NCBI GenBank assembly: GCA_965112735.1
Contig: OZ218958.1
Coordinates: forward strand, 1,116,001 to 1,180,000
Origin: Phaeosaccion multiseriatum
Taxonomy: Eukaryota > Protista > Ochrophyta, other classes
Reading direction: 5' to 3'
DNA length: 64,000 nt
Shown: positions 49,983 to 61,300 of the stretch, piece by piece
Layout: each line of letters starts with the position of its first letter
Position numbering within the stretch: position 1 is the stretch's first letter
Position numbers and translations under genes: made by a program
Notes under the pieces: model-generated
Seen by the model: only the letters and a program-made list of their open reading frames with translations
Databases searched by the model: none
What the model was told of the DNA's origin: nothing

Positions 49983-52900
49983 ATGTTCCAACTGGTGCTG
50001 GTGGTGGGGCTGGCCCTGATCGGACAGCTTCGAGGCGACCAAGGGGGTGCAGAAGGCCAGGGAGAGCTGCCAGGAAAGGGCGGGCAAGGAGGTCAGTGCC
50101 TGCACAGGCCGAAGACTTGTTTAGTTTGTATCCTCTCCTCCTTTCTTCGTCTCTTCCAACACCCCGCTTCCTACACCGCCCCGCCGCTCCTCAGGTGGCT
50201 CGTTTCCGTGCTGCAGTGAGGCAACGGTGGGCGGCGTTCCGCGAGCCTGCTACGTCGACCCGACCTGCCTCGATACCCCTCCCGGCCTATTCGGAGGACT
50301 GGGGTGCAATGCAGATGGAACTGCCGACTGTCGCTTCTGCGGTTGGGGCGAATTCTTCAGCATTGAGTGTCCTCAGGGAGGCTCTCCCCCCACTCCGACA
50401 TCGCCCCCTTCTCCCTCTTCAGCGACAGGATCTCCAAGCACCGGAGGAGGGGACACCTGCTCCGCCCTCTGTAACGCTTCCGAGCCTTGCTTCCTCGATC
50501 CCTCTTGCGCAAGTGGTGGTGCGTGAGGCTCTCGATTCTGCCCTACCCTGTCTGTCCTTCCATCTCTCGCGTAGTCACTACTGACCTTCGCCTCCTCAAC
50601 CGCCCCACCCCCCCCCCCCCCCTCTCCTGAACAATGCGCCTTCTCAGGTCTTGGATGTAACGCTATTGGGGTGCAGGACTGCAGATTTTGTGGATTCAGC
50701 TACTTTGGACCTTGCCCAGCAGGGGTTGGAGGGAAGCCATCCCCGTCACCCCCTTCCCCTTCGCCTCCCTCTCCCACCACCGGAGGAGACGACAGTTGCT
50801 CTGCCCTGTGTCAGGCCATAAAAGCTTCAGAGCCTTGCTTCCTGGACCCCTCGTGTGCACGTGGCGGTGCGTAATACGCTCTACTGTTCCCTTCCCTTTC
50901 GGTCCTTCCTTCTCGCACAGCCACTGCTGACCTTCTCCCCCCCGTTCCCACCCCCCATCCCCCCTTCTCCCCTCTCCTGCTTGCTCTCTTGGGCCGAAAT
51001 GCGCCTCCCTCAGGCCTCGGATGCAACGCCGCTGGTATTGGCGCGGAGTGCAGATTCTGTGGCTTTGGTGCCTTTGCTCCTTGCCCGGTGCCCCAGACCT
51101 TCGCTCCAGCTGCTGCTCCGACTCAGGTGGGGGTATGTCACGAGGTGGGGGGTATGTCACGACGGGGTACCCTCGTGTCCTCTGTCCTTCCCTCCCCCTG
51201 CCCCTCCTTCGCTTCCCCTCCTCTTGGTAGGCCTCTGACTCATTGCTTCTTACACCCACGCTCCCACTCTCTCCTCTCCTGCGATCCTTGAAACATCGTT
51301 CTCAGGCGCCAGTCACTGCCACGTCCCCTCCGACTCGGGCACCAATGACCGTCGCCCCCACAAAGGCACCCACCGCAGCTCCAGTTGCTGCACCGACTTC
51401 GGTAGGTGTGCTCCTGTACCCTTTCTTTCCCCCTCCTCTGACTCGGCACCTCCTCTCTTCTTGTTGTGCCTCGGACTGATGCTTCCACTCATATGATCCG
51501 ATGATCGCATTGGTCCTGAATCGTCTTTTCTCAGGCACCGGTCGCCCCTCCGACTCGGGCACCAACGACCGTCGCCCCCACAAAGGCACCCACGACCGTA
51601 GTACCCACCGCAGCTCCAGTTGCTGCACCGACTTCGGTAGGTGTGCTCCTGTGCCCTTCCTTTCCCTCTCCTCCGCCTCGTCGCTGCCTCTTCTGTTGTT
51701 GTGCCTGCCTCGGGCTGATGCTTCCACTCATATGATCCGATGATCGCATTGGTCCTGAATCGTCTTTTCTCAGGCACCGGTCGCCCCTCCGACTCGGGCA
51801 CCAACGACCGTCGCCCCCACAAAGGCACCCACGACCGTAGCACCCACCGCAGCTCCAGTTGCTGCACCGACTTCGGTAGGTGTGCTCCTGTGGTCCTCCT
51901 TTCCCTCTCCTCTGACTCGGCACGTCCTCTCTTCTTGTTGTGCCTCGGACTGATGCTTCCACTCATATGATCCGATGATCGCATTGGTCCTGAATCGTCT
52001 TTTCTCAGGCACCGGTCGCCCCTCCGACTCGGGCACCAACGACCATCGCCCCCACAAAGGCACCCACGACCGCAGCACCCACCGCAGCTCCAGTTGCTGC
52101 ACCGACTTCGGTAGGTGTGCTCCTGTGCCCCTCCTTTCCATCTCCTCCGCCTCGTCGCTGCCTCTTCTGTTGTTGTGCCTGCCTCGGACTGATCCCTACT
52201 CTCTATTCCCTTCCTCTGCCCTTCTCAGCTGACCCTTCCTTTCCCTCTCCGTCGCCTCTGGCTGGGTGCTGCTTACATCCATGCCCCCCCCTCCGCGTCC
52301 CCGAATCGTCTTTCTCAGGCCCCAGTGCCCCCTCCTACCTCTGCACCCACAACTGCCGCCCCCACGAAGGCACCCACTTCCACCCCCGCTCCTGTTGCCA
52401 CCACCGGCCCCGTCGTCACGCCAGTCACCTCTTCTCCCATCGTATCTGGACCCCTGGTTCTCCTTGAAGGTAGGAGAGGGACAAGGCAGGGAGAGCGATA
52501 GGTCATCATCAACAGTGTAGTGTAGCGTTCGTATTGTTCTGCTCGTCGTGGTCGTGTTTGCTCGTTGCTCTTTCTTTCCCCGCTCCTTGCGGCTCCACCG
52601 CACTGCTTCTGTCGCGCTCGAGAACCGCCTCCGCCCCCTCCCTTTGGTCTCGTGCCTTGTTGCTGCGTGCTGCTCGAGCACTTGCCTCTCTCGGTGGGCT
52701 GCCCCACCCACCCGTCCACCCACCCGTCCACCCACGCACCCACGCACCCACCCACGCACCCACGCTCCCATGCACCCACCCACCCACCCACGCACCAACC
52801 CACGCACCAACCCACGCACCCACCCACGCACCCACGCACCCACCCACGCACGCACCCACGCACCCACCCGAAAACCGATCGCAATGACCATCGTCCCCCT

Positions 52901-54412
52901 TGCTTGCTTGCTTGCTTACTGACTATGCTTGGCTGTGGCTCTCTTGCTTGCTTACTGACTATGCTTGGCTGTGGCTCTATTCTCAGACCCGACCGATCCG
53001 TATTCTTGCCCGGCCGGCACGGGCTTCAACCCGCACGTCTTCGACTGCGGTGGGGGCGAAGACCCATCGAGGCCAATCGGAGGCCTAAGGCCAAGCCTGT
53101 ACCCAAGGCCGTTCACAAAATTCGCGTCTGCTATTCCCGGGGACAGAGTCGCACCACCCGGTGAGTAGATCCGACAGCACGAGGCAGAAGGCAGCGAAGG
53201 GAATGCAGTGAAATGCAACACATGACTTGGAATTGATTTGACATGACCATGGTGGACACTAGGTTCAAGGAGGAGGAAGGCCAGGGTTCCACTGCCGCAG
53301 CCTTAGGCAGGCAGATAAGCAGGCAGGCAAGCAGGCAGGCAGGCAAGCCAGCTCACTGTCTATCACTTACACACGCCCCTCCCTCTCTCCTTCTCCCCTT
53401 CTCTCCTCGCCCCAACACATAATGGACCGCACACCGCAGTTTTCGCGGCGTTGGGCGACTTCGAAGACACGGGTCTCACGTGCGAGTTTGTGAGCTTCGA
53501 GGGCCGAGAGGCCATCCGAGGCTTGGTGGATCGGATTGTTTACTGGTACACCTGGGACTGCAATGGAGAAGTCGACGAAGATGGCCAGTGGTACATCGAA
53601 GATATGAGCGTGGCCGAGATGCTGTTGGGTATGCAGTGTGTCCTACTCGGCCCGGGATGTGTGCCCATCGAGGTTGGGCCAGCGACCTCTCCGCCGGTGA
53701 CAGCCGCACCGGTGGTGGTCGTCCCCACGCCCGCCCCTGTGGCTGAGGTGCCTCCTCGCACGCTTGCGCCCCTCGCGGAACTTGAAGGTCAGAGAGGGTG
53801 AAGGAGGGAGGGAAGGGAAGAAAGGCAAATCATGATGAGCGTTGTGTTGCACTGTGGTTGTCTCTTCCTCCTCTTGCTCGTTGCTCGTTGCTCTCCCCGC
53901 TCGCTGTTGTGGCTCTGCGCTCGAGAGTCGCCGCCGCCCCATGTGTTTTGTTGCCTGCTTGAGGGCATGCTTTTCTTGTCGTCACACCGCCATCCCCCCA
54001 CCCGCGGAAGCAATCGCAATTAACAACCCCCCTTACTTGCCTTTCTGTGTGTGCGTTGCTGTGGTGGCTCTACACAGACCCTGAAGACACAGACAGTTGT
54101 CCGACGGGCACTCTCTACAGCGAGTATGTCTTTGACTGCGGACCGCTCGAAGACTTCGAAAGGATCGGAGGTGTGAGGCCAGCCCTCAACCCAGGGCCGC
54201 TAGCAAGAGTGCCACTCGGTCCTTATTTTCCGGAGCAGGTGGCACCCAACTGTGAGTAGTAGAGACATGAAGTCGAGCGAAGGAAGGTGATCTGATTTGA
54301 CATGACTTGTGACGAGACCGGTTAAACGCCTTCCCAAGAGACCTGGCCTTGCTTTTCCCCCTCAGGCGGGTGTATGGGCAGGCAGGCGTATGGGCAGACA
54401 GGCGTATGGGCA

Positions 54413-54462
<50 letters not shown>

Positions 54463-55145
54463 CATGACAGGCAGTCAAGGCATATGGGAAGGCAGGCAGA
54501 CAGACAGACAGGTCGTCAGTCAAGGCACATGGGAAGGCATATGGGCAGGCAGGCAGGCAGGCAGGCAGGCAGACAGGCATATCGGCACACAGGTGTATGT
54601 GCAAACAAACAGGTGCGCTCGCAGTGCTTGTGGCACTGGACTCTTTGTTGGGCGCTTATGGCAGGCAGTACAGGCCGCTTACGCTAGGCAGCACAGGCGC
54701 TGTCTCTCCGTTGCACACTCGTCACCCGTCTTCCCCCCCCCCCTCCCCCCACCCCCCCCACCGTCCAATTTACAATTAACGGGTGTGTCGGTCGGTCCAA
54801 CGCACTCCTGACTCACTCCCCCCCCCCCCCCAAACCGCAATTCTTCTTCACCGAAACAATGATGCAGATAACGACGTGGCTGACGCCCTCGACGGTGGAG
54901 GGACGAGCGTCGTTTGCAACTTCCTGCGCTACCGCCAGGTGGAGGATGTGTTCGCAGGTTTCGCCGTCGAAGCCAATTTCCCTGGTATATGGTACACGTG
55001 GGAGTGTAACGGCATAGAGATCGAGGAAAGGTCTTACTTCATGCCCCCCGGAGGAGGGGAGTCCCAGATCCTCATTGGGATGAAGTGCTCCCTCATCGGG
55101 TCAGGCTGCTATGATGATCCAGACTTCCGATCCTCGTCGTCTTAA
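49983..55145 (+). CDS. Secreted Cys-rich/mucin-like protein (~760 aa); 13 exons: 49983-50091, 50195-50518, 50648-50866, 51014-51126, 51306-51401, 51535-51636, 51774-51875, 52009-52110, 52319-52469, 52987-53160, 53440-53787, 54078-54251, 54868-55145
   Basis: Hydrophobic N-terminus (MFQLVLVVGLALIG), three C..DP.C...GGLGCNA.G...CRFCG modules, a Pro/Thr/Ala stalk, and two copies of a second Cys domain (SCP.GT...VFDCG...IGG.RP...WYTW.CNG...GM.C.L.G.GC). Phases are consistent. Confidence 0.8.
51300..52130 (+). repeat. Tandem exon+intron duplication, ~230-240 bp unit, 4 exon copies
   Basis: Near-identical phase-0 exons (APVAPPTRAPTTVAPTKAPT..PTAAPVAAPTS) and introns (ctgatgcttccactcatatgatccgatgatcgcattggtcctgaatcgtcttttctcag). 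Confidence 0.9.
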
Positions 55146-55175
55146 AATAAAAATTGTCTGATGGATAAGAGAGGA

Positions 55176-55583
55176 CACTCACCTCCGAGACATCTCAAAG
55201 GCGATTGGCGTAGTGCAGTGCCACTAATGTTAGAAAAGAGATGGAGGGAGAGAAAGGAACCCCCCTTACCCACCCCTACCTGGGACGCGTAACCAAAACT
55301 GCTCAACTCCGATGATAGAGGCACTTAGCGGGGGGGGGGGGGGGAGGGAGGGCCTTCTGGGCTGCAAGACACCCTTATGTAAGACCCGCATGGCCATTAC
55401 GTAACGAACAGGAGTTTTCAGTTTGTTAGCCCTCCACACGCTGCCGGGCCATAAAACTGAACTTGATAGAGGTTGCAGGAGAGCTTGGGATGGAAGGGGG
55501 GTGTCTCTAAACGGAGGTGTCTTGGAGGTGAGTGAGCTCTCTTTGGGGCACTGCACTACACGCCAATCGCGTTTGAGGTGTCT
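55176..55583. mobile_element. MITE-like non-autonomous element with imperfect inverted repeats
   Basis: 55188-55222 (AGACATCTCAAAGGCGATTGGCGTAGTGCAGTGCC) is the reverse complement of 55547-55583 apart from two substitutions and a 2-nt indel. A second pair is 55176-55196 / 55514-55534. No convincing ORF; no target-site duplication identified. Confidence 0.5.
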
Positions 55584-55909
55584 ATTATTTATCTGGTGTT
55601 TTGTAATTATTTTTTAAAAAATAAAAATAAAAAAAGTACATTGTTTTTGTGTAATTGTCTGATGGATATTAATTAGTTACATTAATGTGGGAAATTAATG
55701 CAGTTGTCTGATGCATAGGTGGTCTTGTCTACATACTCCTTGGCGATGTACCTATACTGTACTATCCTCTAAGCGCCTTGTATGTATGTCCAAGATTGGC
55801 AATGAATGAACTATACTAGTGAGATGAACCTACCCACAGGCCCTCCGTGGCCCTGTGGCAAACCCCTGCTACATTTATTTTTCTCACTCTCCCCGCGTCT
55901 GTATTTATA

Positions 55910-58073
55910 TTAGCATGCGTTGTACACGCCGAAGCCGCAGAACCTGAGGACAAGAGAGAATCAAGAGGAGAAGAGAGGGTTAAGAGAGAATCGCATCGTG
56001 AGGCAAGAGGGAGGAACACACAGAGAGGACAAAAGAGTGGACAATGAATGAGCCCAAGGCAGCAACAATATACAATGTACATACAACAAAAATAAACGCA
56101 CCTGCAGTTGGGGAGACCGAGGGCGTTGCAGCCCAGGCCACCGTCTTCGCACGCGTCGTCCACCACGCACATCTCTCCGCTGGCGGATCCTTCGCACGCG
56201 CACCCACCAGTGACGTCACTTGGCTCCTTCCTGGTGGTGACGGGCGTGCAGTGGCTGACGGAGCGGTTGTTGAGCGGCTGTCGTAGCATGATGGGAGGGG
56301 GGAGGGGGGAGGGGGAAGAGAGGAGAGGAGGGGAAGGAGAGAAATTAATAAATGAATGGATGGAGGGAGAATATTTTTATGATGGGAGGGGGGGTGAAGG
56401 AGGCGAGGCGGCAACACAAAAGACTGAGTCTAAACCATATAGGGCTGAGCAGCGTGGGGCCCGTTTTTACCTGAACGACGCGGTTGGTGTGGCCCTTTGC
56501 ATCGGCTTGGGTGTTGCCCACGTTGATGTCGAATCGCATTGCAAGGATTTGCTGCTCGCTCATGAGAATGGGGTCCTCTATGAGCATCCATGTCACCACT
56601 TCCGAGCAGGGGGGCGTGGTGAGGCTCCCCAGGTAGGTCCAGTAGTTGAAGCCTCCCGGAAGGAGGTCGTACGGAGTCACAATGTACTCCGTCAGCTCGT
56701 CCTCCACTTGCAGCTTTCGGCCTCCGTCGGCGGCGTCAGCGGCCTCAGCGGCCTCAGCGGCCTCCGCCTCTACGAACGCCTGGATGGAGGGCCAATACTT
56801 GTTGACTTCGACGTTGCCCTCGTCAATTGCTGCGCTCGTGGACTCGATGAGCAAGCCAATGACGCGGTAGTCGGTGGGGTCGTCGACGTTCAGGTGCACC
56901 ATGTGCAAGCAGGCGTCGTAGGCGCTCCCGCCCACGGTGTGCTCACTGGTGCTGTGGAAGTGGAACTGGAGAAGCTCGTAGGTGGCGCCGTTGAGGGTGA
57001 AGCTGGGCGTGTCGGTGCAGGAATCGGCGTCCAAGCTGACCTTCCATGTGTGCGAGTCGGTGCTGAACTTGAGGTCCTTGGTGCTGCAGGAGCCAATGTT
57101 GAACGAAGGCGAGTTGTCCGGGCACTGCTCAGGCAAGACAAGAGCGGCGCAAGTCAGTCTGGGCACTGGCTGAGTCGGGGGGGAACGAGCTGTGGCTGGG
57201 AAAAGGCCACGCCAACGAAACTGAGAACAAACCATGCTGTTCTTACCATCTCGTCCACTTCCCAGGCCGCAATGTTGATGGGGCTCTGGCGCTCGCCATC
57301 GCAGTCCGGGTACTCTGGAGGAAGGAGAAGACGGGAGCAGGGTACAGGTCAGCACGGACTAAGAGAGGGAAGCGGTTGAGTCGGTTGAGGAGTCGGTTGA
57401 GGGAAAGACAAGGCAAGATCTTGGTCCTGAAAGTCTAGCGCAGAGCTACGCCAAGATGGGGCACCGCTAAGCACTGCCGGCCCTTTGTGCAGCCCACTCA
57501 GTGGTGCAAACGCAAGCAGATACAAGTGGCGGACAGTCCACCTTGTTCTATCTTCCAAATCCTACTTTTCCGGTCCAGACAATCCACGGAAGGTCCCACC
57601 ACACCACCCCCCTTTAGCGCCAGATCGGAGCGCCCCTGCCTCCCCTCAAGACCTTGCTAGCAGAAGCACTACAGCAGGCAGCCCAGAACAGGCACCCCCA
57701 CCACCCAGCAAAGTTGAACTAACATGAGAGAGAACTCTTTGTGGACGCCACGTATGCGTTCCCCCCACCCACTGTGTTGACGATGTCAGCACCCACCACT
57801 CCCAAGGCACTCAGCGGCCCAACCACGGCAGGCATCTCTGCCCCCCCCCCCCCCCCCCAGGCGCCCGACGCCGCCCGTCCACAAACACCCTGATGGCCCC
57901 AGGGCCCTGGCAAGTTGCCCTTGGTGACTCAGCGTTATGTGCTCACCTTCTCCCCAGAAAGCTCCTCCAAGGAATGTCTCTCCGTCGATCACGGCCGTCT
58001 CGCCGTACTTCCAGCTGACGGCACCGGCGAGAGGAGCAAGGCCAAGGGCACACAGAAGGCTAGTGAGCTGCAT
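55910..58073 (-). CDS. Secreted alpha-class carbonic anhydrase with a C-terminal Cys-rich module; exons 58073-57947, 57314-57247, 57124-56471, 56277-56102, 55943-55910
   Basis: Signal peptide, [28 protein letters not shown] (three Zn-binding His), [29 protein letters not shown]. The C-terminus is [24 protein letters not shown]. Confidence 0.92.
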
Positions 58074-58309
58074 GATCGATGAATGAATTGCCGGGAAATG
58101 AGAGATGATTGGATGGCCCTAGTTTTTAAGATTGTGAGCTCGTGGAAGCGATGTATCGGGGGCCTGGTGTCAGGGTCCGGGGCCGCCACGTACGTTTTGA
58201 GAGGCCGCACCCGCTCTTTAAATTTCCGCGGAACCCCCTCGGTGCTAAATTTAATGAAATTTAGCAATTTCAAGTTCTCTGTAGTCCGTATGTCTAATAG
58301 TACCGTGAA

Positions 58310-61300
58310 GTGGGGCACCTGCCCCATGAAATAATTGTTTTGGATATTTTATGGGCCATAAATGCTCGTTTTTCAAGTTTTTTATCCAATATTTTTTGGT
58401 TGTGGGGCATTCTCCCCCCCCTCCCCACGTGGAGTTTATTTCATTCACAGCATCAGCATATTTGCACAGTGCAGCTATGTAAGAGGAGCAGCGGCTGCGC
58501 GGACGATACCCGGCTGTAACAGCTGATGCCAGTGGTGGGAGGGGCATCTCCCACGTGAATTTGCAGGAGAACAGAGTATACCATGGCTGACGTCGCTGTT
58601 GCTACGGTTCCGGAAGCACCAGCAGCAGAGGGGGAAGAAGCACCGCTTACTGCAGAGCAGCAGCAGATTCAGAACCCCCGAAACAACACCATCGCCCCAC
58701 GCTCGAGAAGTGGATATGCATGCGCCTCCACGATGCTGATCCGATACCTCTTCCGCAAGCACCCGGAGCTTCTGGACGCTGACTTCAGGACAGCATTTGC
58801 TCCACCGGAGGGGGAAGAGGAGGAAGACGGGGAAGATGGGGAAGAGGAGGAAGCACAGAGGAGAGCAGCAGCAGCCGCAGCAGCCGCCGCACCTGGCGGA
58901 GCGGGTGGTGCCACTGCAGCGGCACAGCAGACGCCGGCTGAGGTGTCGAGAGCAGCGAAAGCCCAAGCAAAGGCCAAGAAGAAGGCTGAGGCGCAGTGGA
59001 CGAAGCGGGTGAAGGCACACTTGATCCAAGCACCTCGGGCGCCGCACCCTTTGCTGTTCCATCTGCTGACAGCCGACGCGTTCTTCGGGTGGCTGCTTGA
59101 AGTCAAGAAGGGGCCGAAGGGCTTATCCAAGGCCGGTGCACAGTCGAAACGCTCTGCACTCTTCAATCTGTACAGAGACTACCATCAGGAGGAGCAGCAC
59201 CGCAAATTGCAAAGCGACCTTGCGACGCTCACCAAGGGGCTGAAGAGGACGATCGCAGGAGAGAAGCAGGAGGGAAATGTCGAAGTCAGAGAAGGGAAGG
59301 CTCCCATGCCGTTCGCTCTCTACCGCGCTCTTGCCAAAGGTAAATTCCCAGCTGTGTGGAGTCAGTGGACAGTGGAAACTAGTGGAGTGGGTGGAGACAA
59401 GTGGCTGATGCATTGACTGCCCCCCACTCACTTCCTAGCCCTGACGCCGTCTTTGGTTGCCACTGTTTCCTTCGCTTGTGTACATCGCAGCAATGCTGAG
59501 CTCGGCAGTCTGTGAGAACGGGCACAGACAGGGCGCCTTTGGCCACCCCTTCCTCGTTCTCTCCTGGAATCTGATGTGCCGCGCCACCAACTGTGTGGAG
59601 ATTTGTCTCGATCATCTCGAGTGGAAGGGGGACGCGCTCTGCGTCTATTTTGGGAAGCAAAAGGGCGACCAGCTGGGAGAGAAGGCCCGACATCCTCGCC
59701 ACGTCTACGCGAATCCAATCATGCCGGAGATCTGCCCCGTCCTCGCGCTTGGTGTTTACCTCCTGAGCTTTGGTTTTGAGAAGAACGCGCTGTTCGCTGG
59801 CAACAATCAGTACGATAGGTATTGCGGCTTCCTCAGACGTACGGCGGCGGCGAACTCGTCCATTTTGGAAGGCATGGGGCTGACTCCAGAGGACCTCGGC
59901 ACTCATTCTGGGCGCAAGGGCGCTGCCTCGCACGTCACAAGCGGCTCGTCCGCTGCTCCCAACCCAATTGCTGTGCAACTTCGAATGGGATGGTCTCTTC
60001 CCGGCGTCCAGGGCATCTACTTCAACCCCATCAATGCAGCAGATCAGTATGTGGGCCGGGCTGCCTCCGGGGCGAACATCTCAGCGAAGGAGTTTGCATT
60101 GCTTCCTCCCTTTTTTCAGCGCCTCAAGGTGGACGGCACAGCGAAGGAGGGCATTGAAGACGTGCTCGCGGGAGCCATTGTGAGCTGCTTCAGGGACGTG
60201 CCGCTGAGATTGAGGAAGGTGGCTGAATTCTGTCTTGCCAGTGTGGTGTACCACGCCGGCTTTCTGCGCAGCACTCTTCAGGAGAATCACCCTCTTTTCA
60301 CGACACAGCTCTTCCGAGATCAAAGGTTGCTGGCGGACCTTTCAGAGCATGTCGTGCTGAAGTATCCGGACGAGACGGACGAGATTTCTGCAACCGGGAT
60401 TCCTCCCCACGTCGTGCAGCTGAGGCAATTCCAAGTCGTGGCGGACAGCGTGGCCTCTCTAGGCGGCAAGCTTGAGGTGTTGGGCCAGACGATCAAGGTC
60501 GACTTGGAGACGCTGATCCGTGACGTTCTGGAGGAGAATGCACAGGCCTCTGGCACTGTCACCAGTCTGGGTGTGAGCAGGGCCCTGCAGACGACCCTCG
60601 ACGCAGCCTTTTCTAAGAGTGGGCTCAGCGACCTTCTCGCGGCTCACCAGGCAGGCACTCTGGGCCTTGGTGAGGGTTCGAGCAGCGCCCCGCCCTCTTC
60701 TTCTTCTTGTGCAGGTGCAGATCAGCCACCTCTGTATCTCTACAACGGCCGGTGGCATACCCTTCCCGAGCACTTTGAGGTCCCTAGCTTCACTGTGCGC
60801 GCTGCTTGGGATGCTTGGATGACAGGCACTCCTCGCCTTCGAGAATTCACGACAGCAGACGTGCAGGGGAGGGCGGAGAAGCGAAGGATGTCAAAATTTT
60901 GCTGTTTGATGGGTGCGATTGAATCCGCGGCGAAAGAAAAGGGGCTCTGGAAGGACAAGCCGACGCTTGAAGAAGCGCGAAGCATGTTTGACGCAGTCAA
61001 AGACGCCTTTGACATCAAGTCTCGTTCTGATTCTCACAAGCGCCGCTTCAATCAGCTGGTGTGGACCACCGTGTATATTTTATGGAGCGCGCAGCAGGCG
61101 GACGCGAAAAAACGGGCGAAGCGGGCGAGGGCGAAGGAAAGTGGCACTGGTGCAGACGAGTCGAAGGAGGGGGATGGAGGTGATAGCGGTGCAGAGGACG
61201 ACGAGGAGGGAGGTGGCAGCAGCAATGCTGCTGCTGCTGCTGCTGCTGCAACAGGAGGAGGCGGAGCCGGAGGAGGACGAGGAGGAAGGGGTGGGGGAAG

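Noticed and set aside
51300-52130. Regularly spaced repeats resembling a CRISPR array
   Set aside because: Units are ~235 bp with near-identical 'spacers', carry splice sites and encode Pro/Thr exons; eukaryotic context with no cas genes.
56108-57379. 423-aa plus-strand ORF
   Set aside because: Antisense shadow of the GC3-rich carbonic anhydrase exons.
59340-59490. Apparent frameshift between the two Crypton ORFs
   Set aside because: Resolved by a normal phase-1 GT-AG intron; the gene is not a pseudogene.
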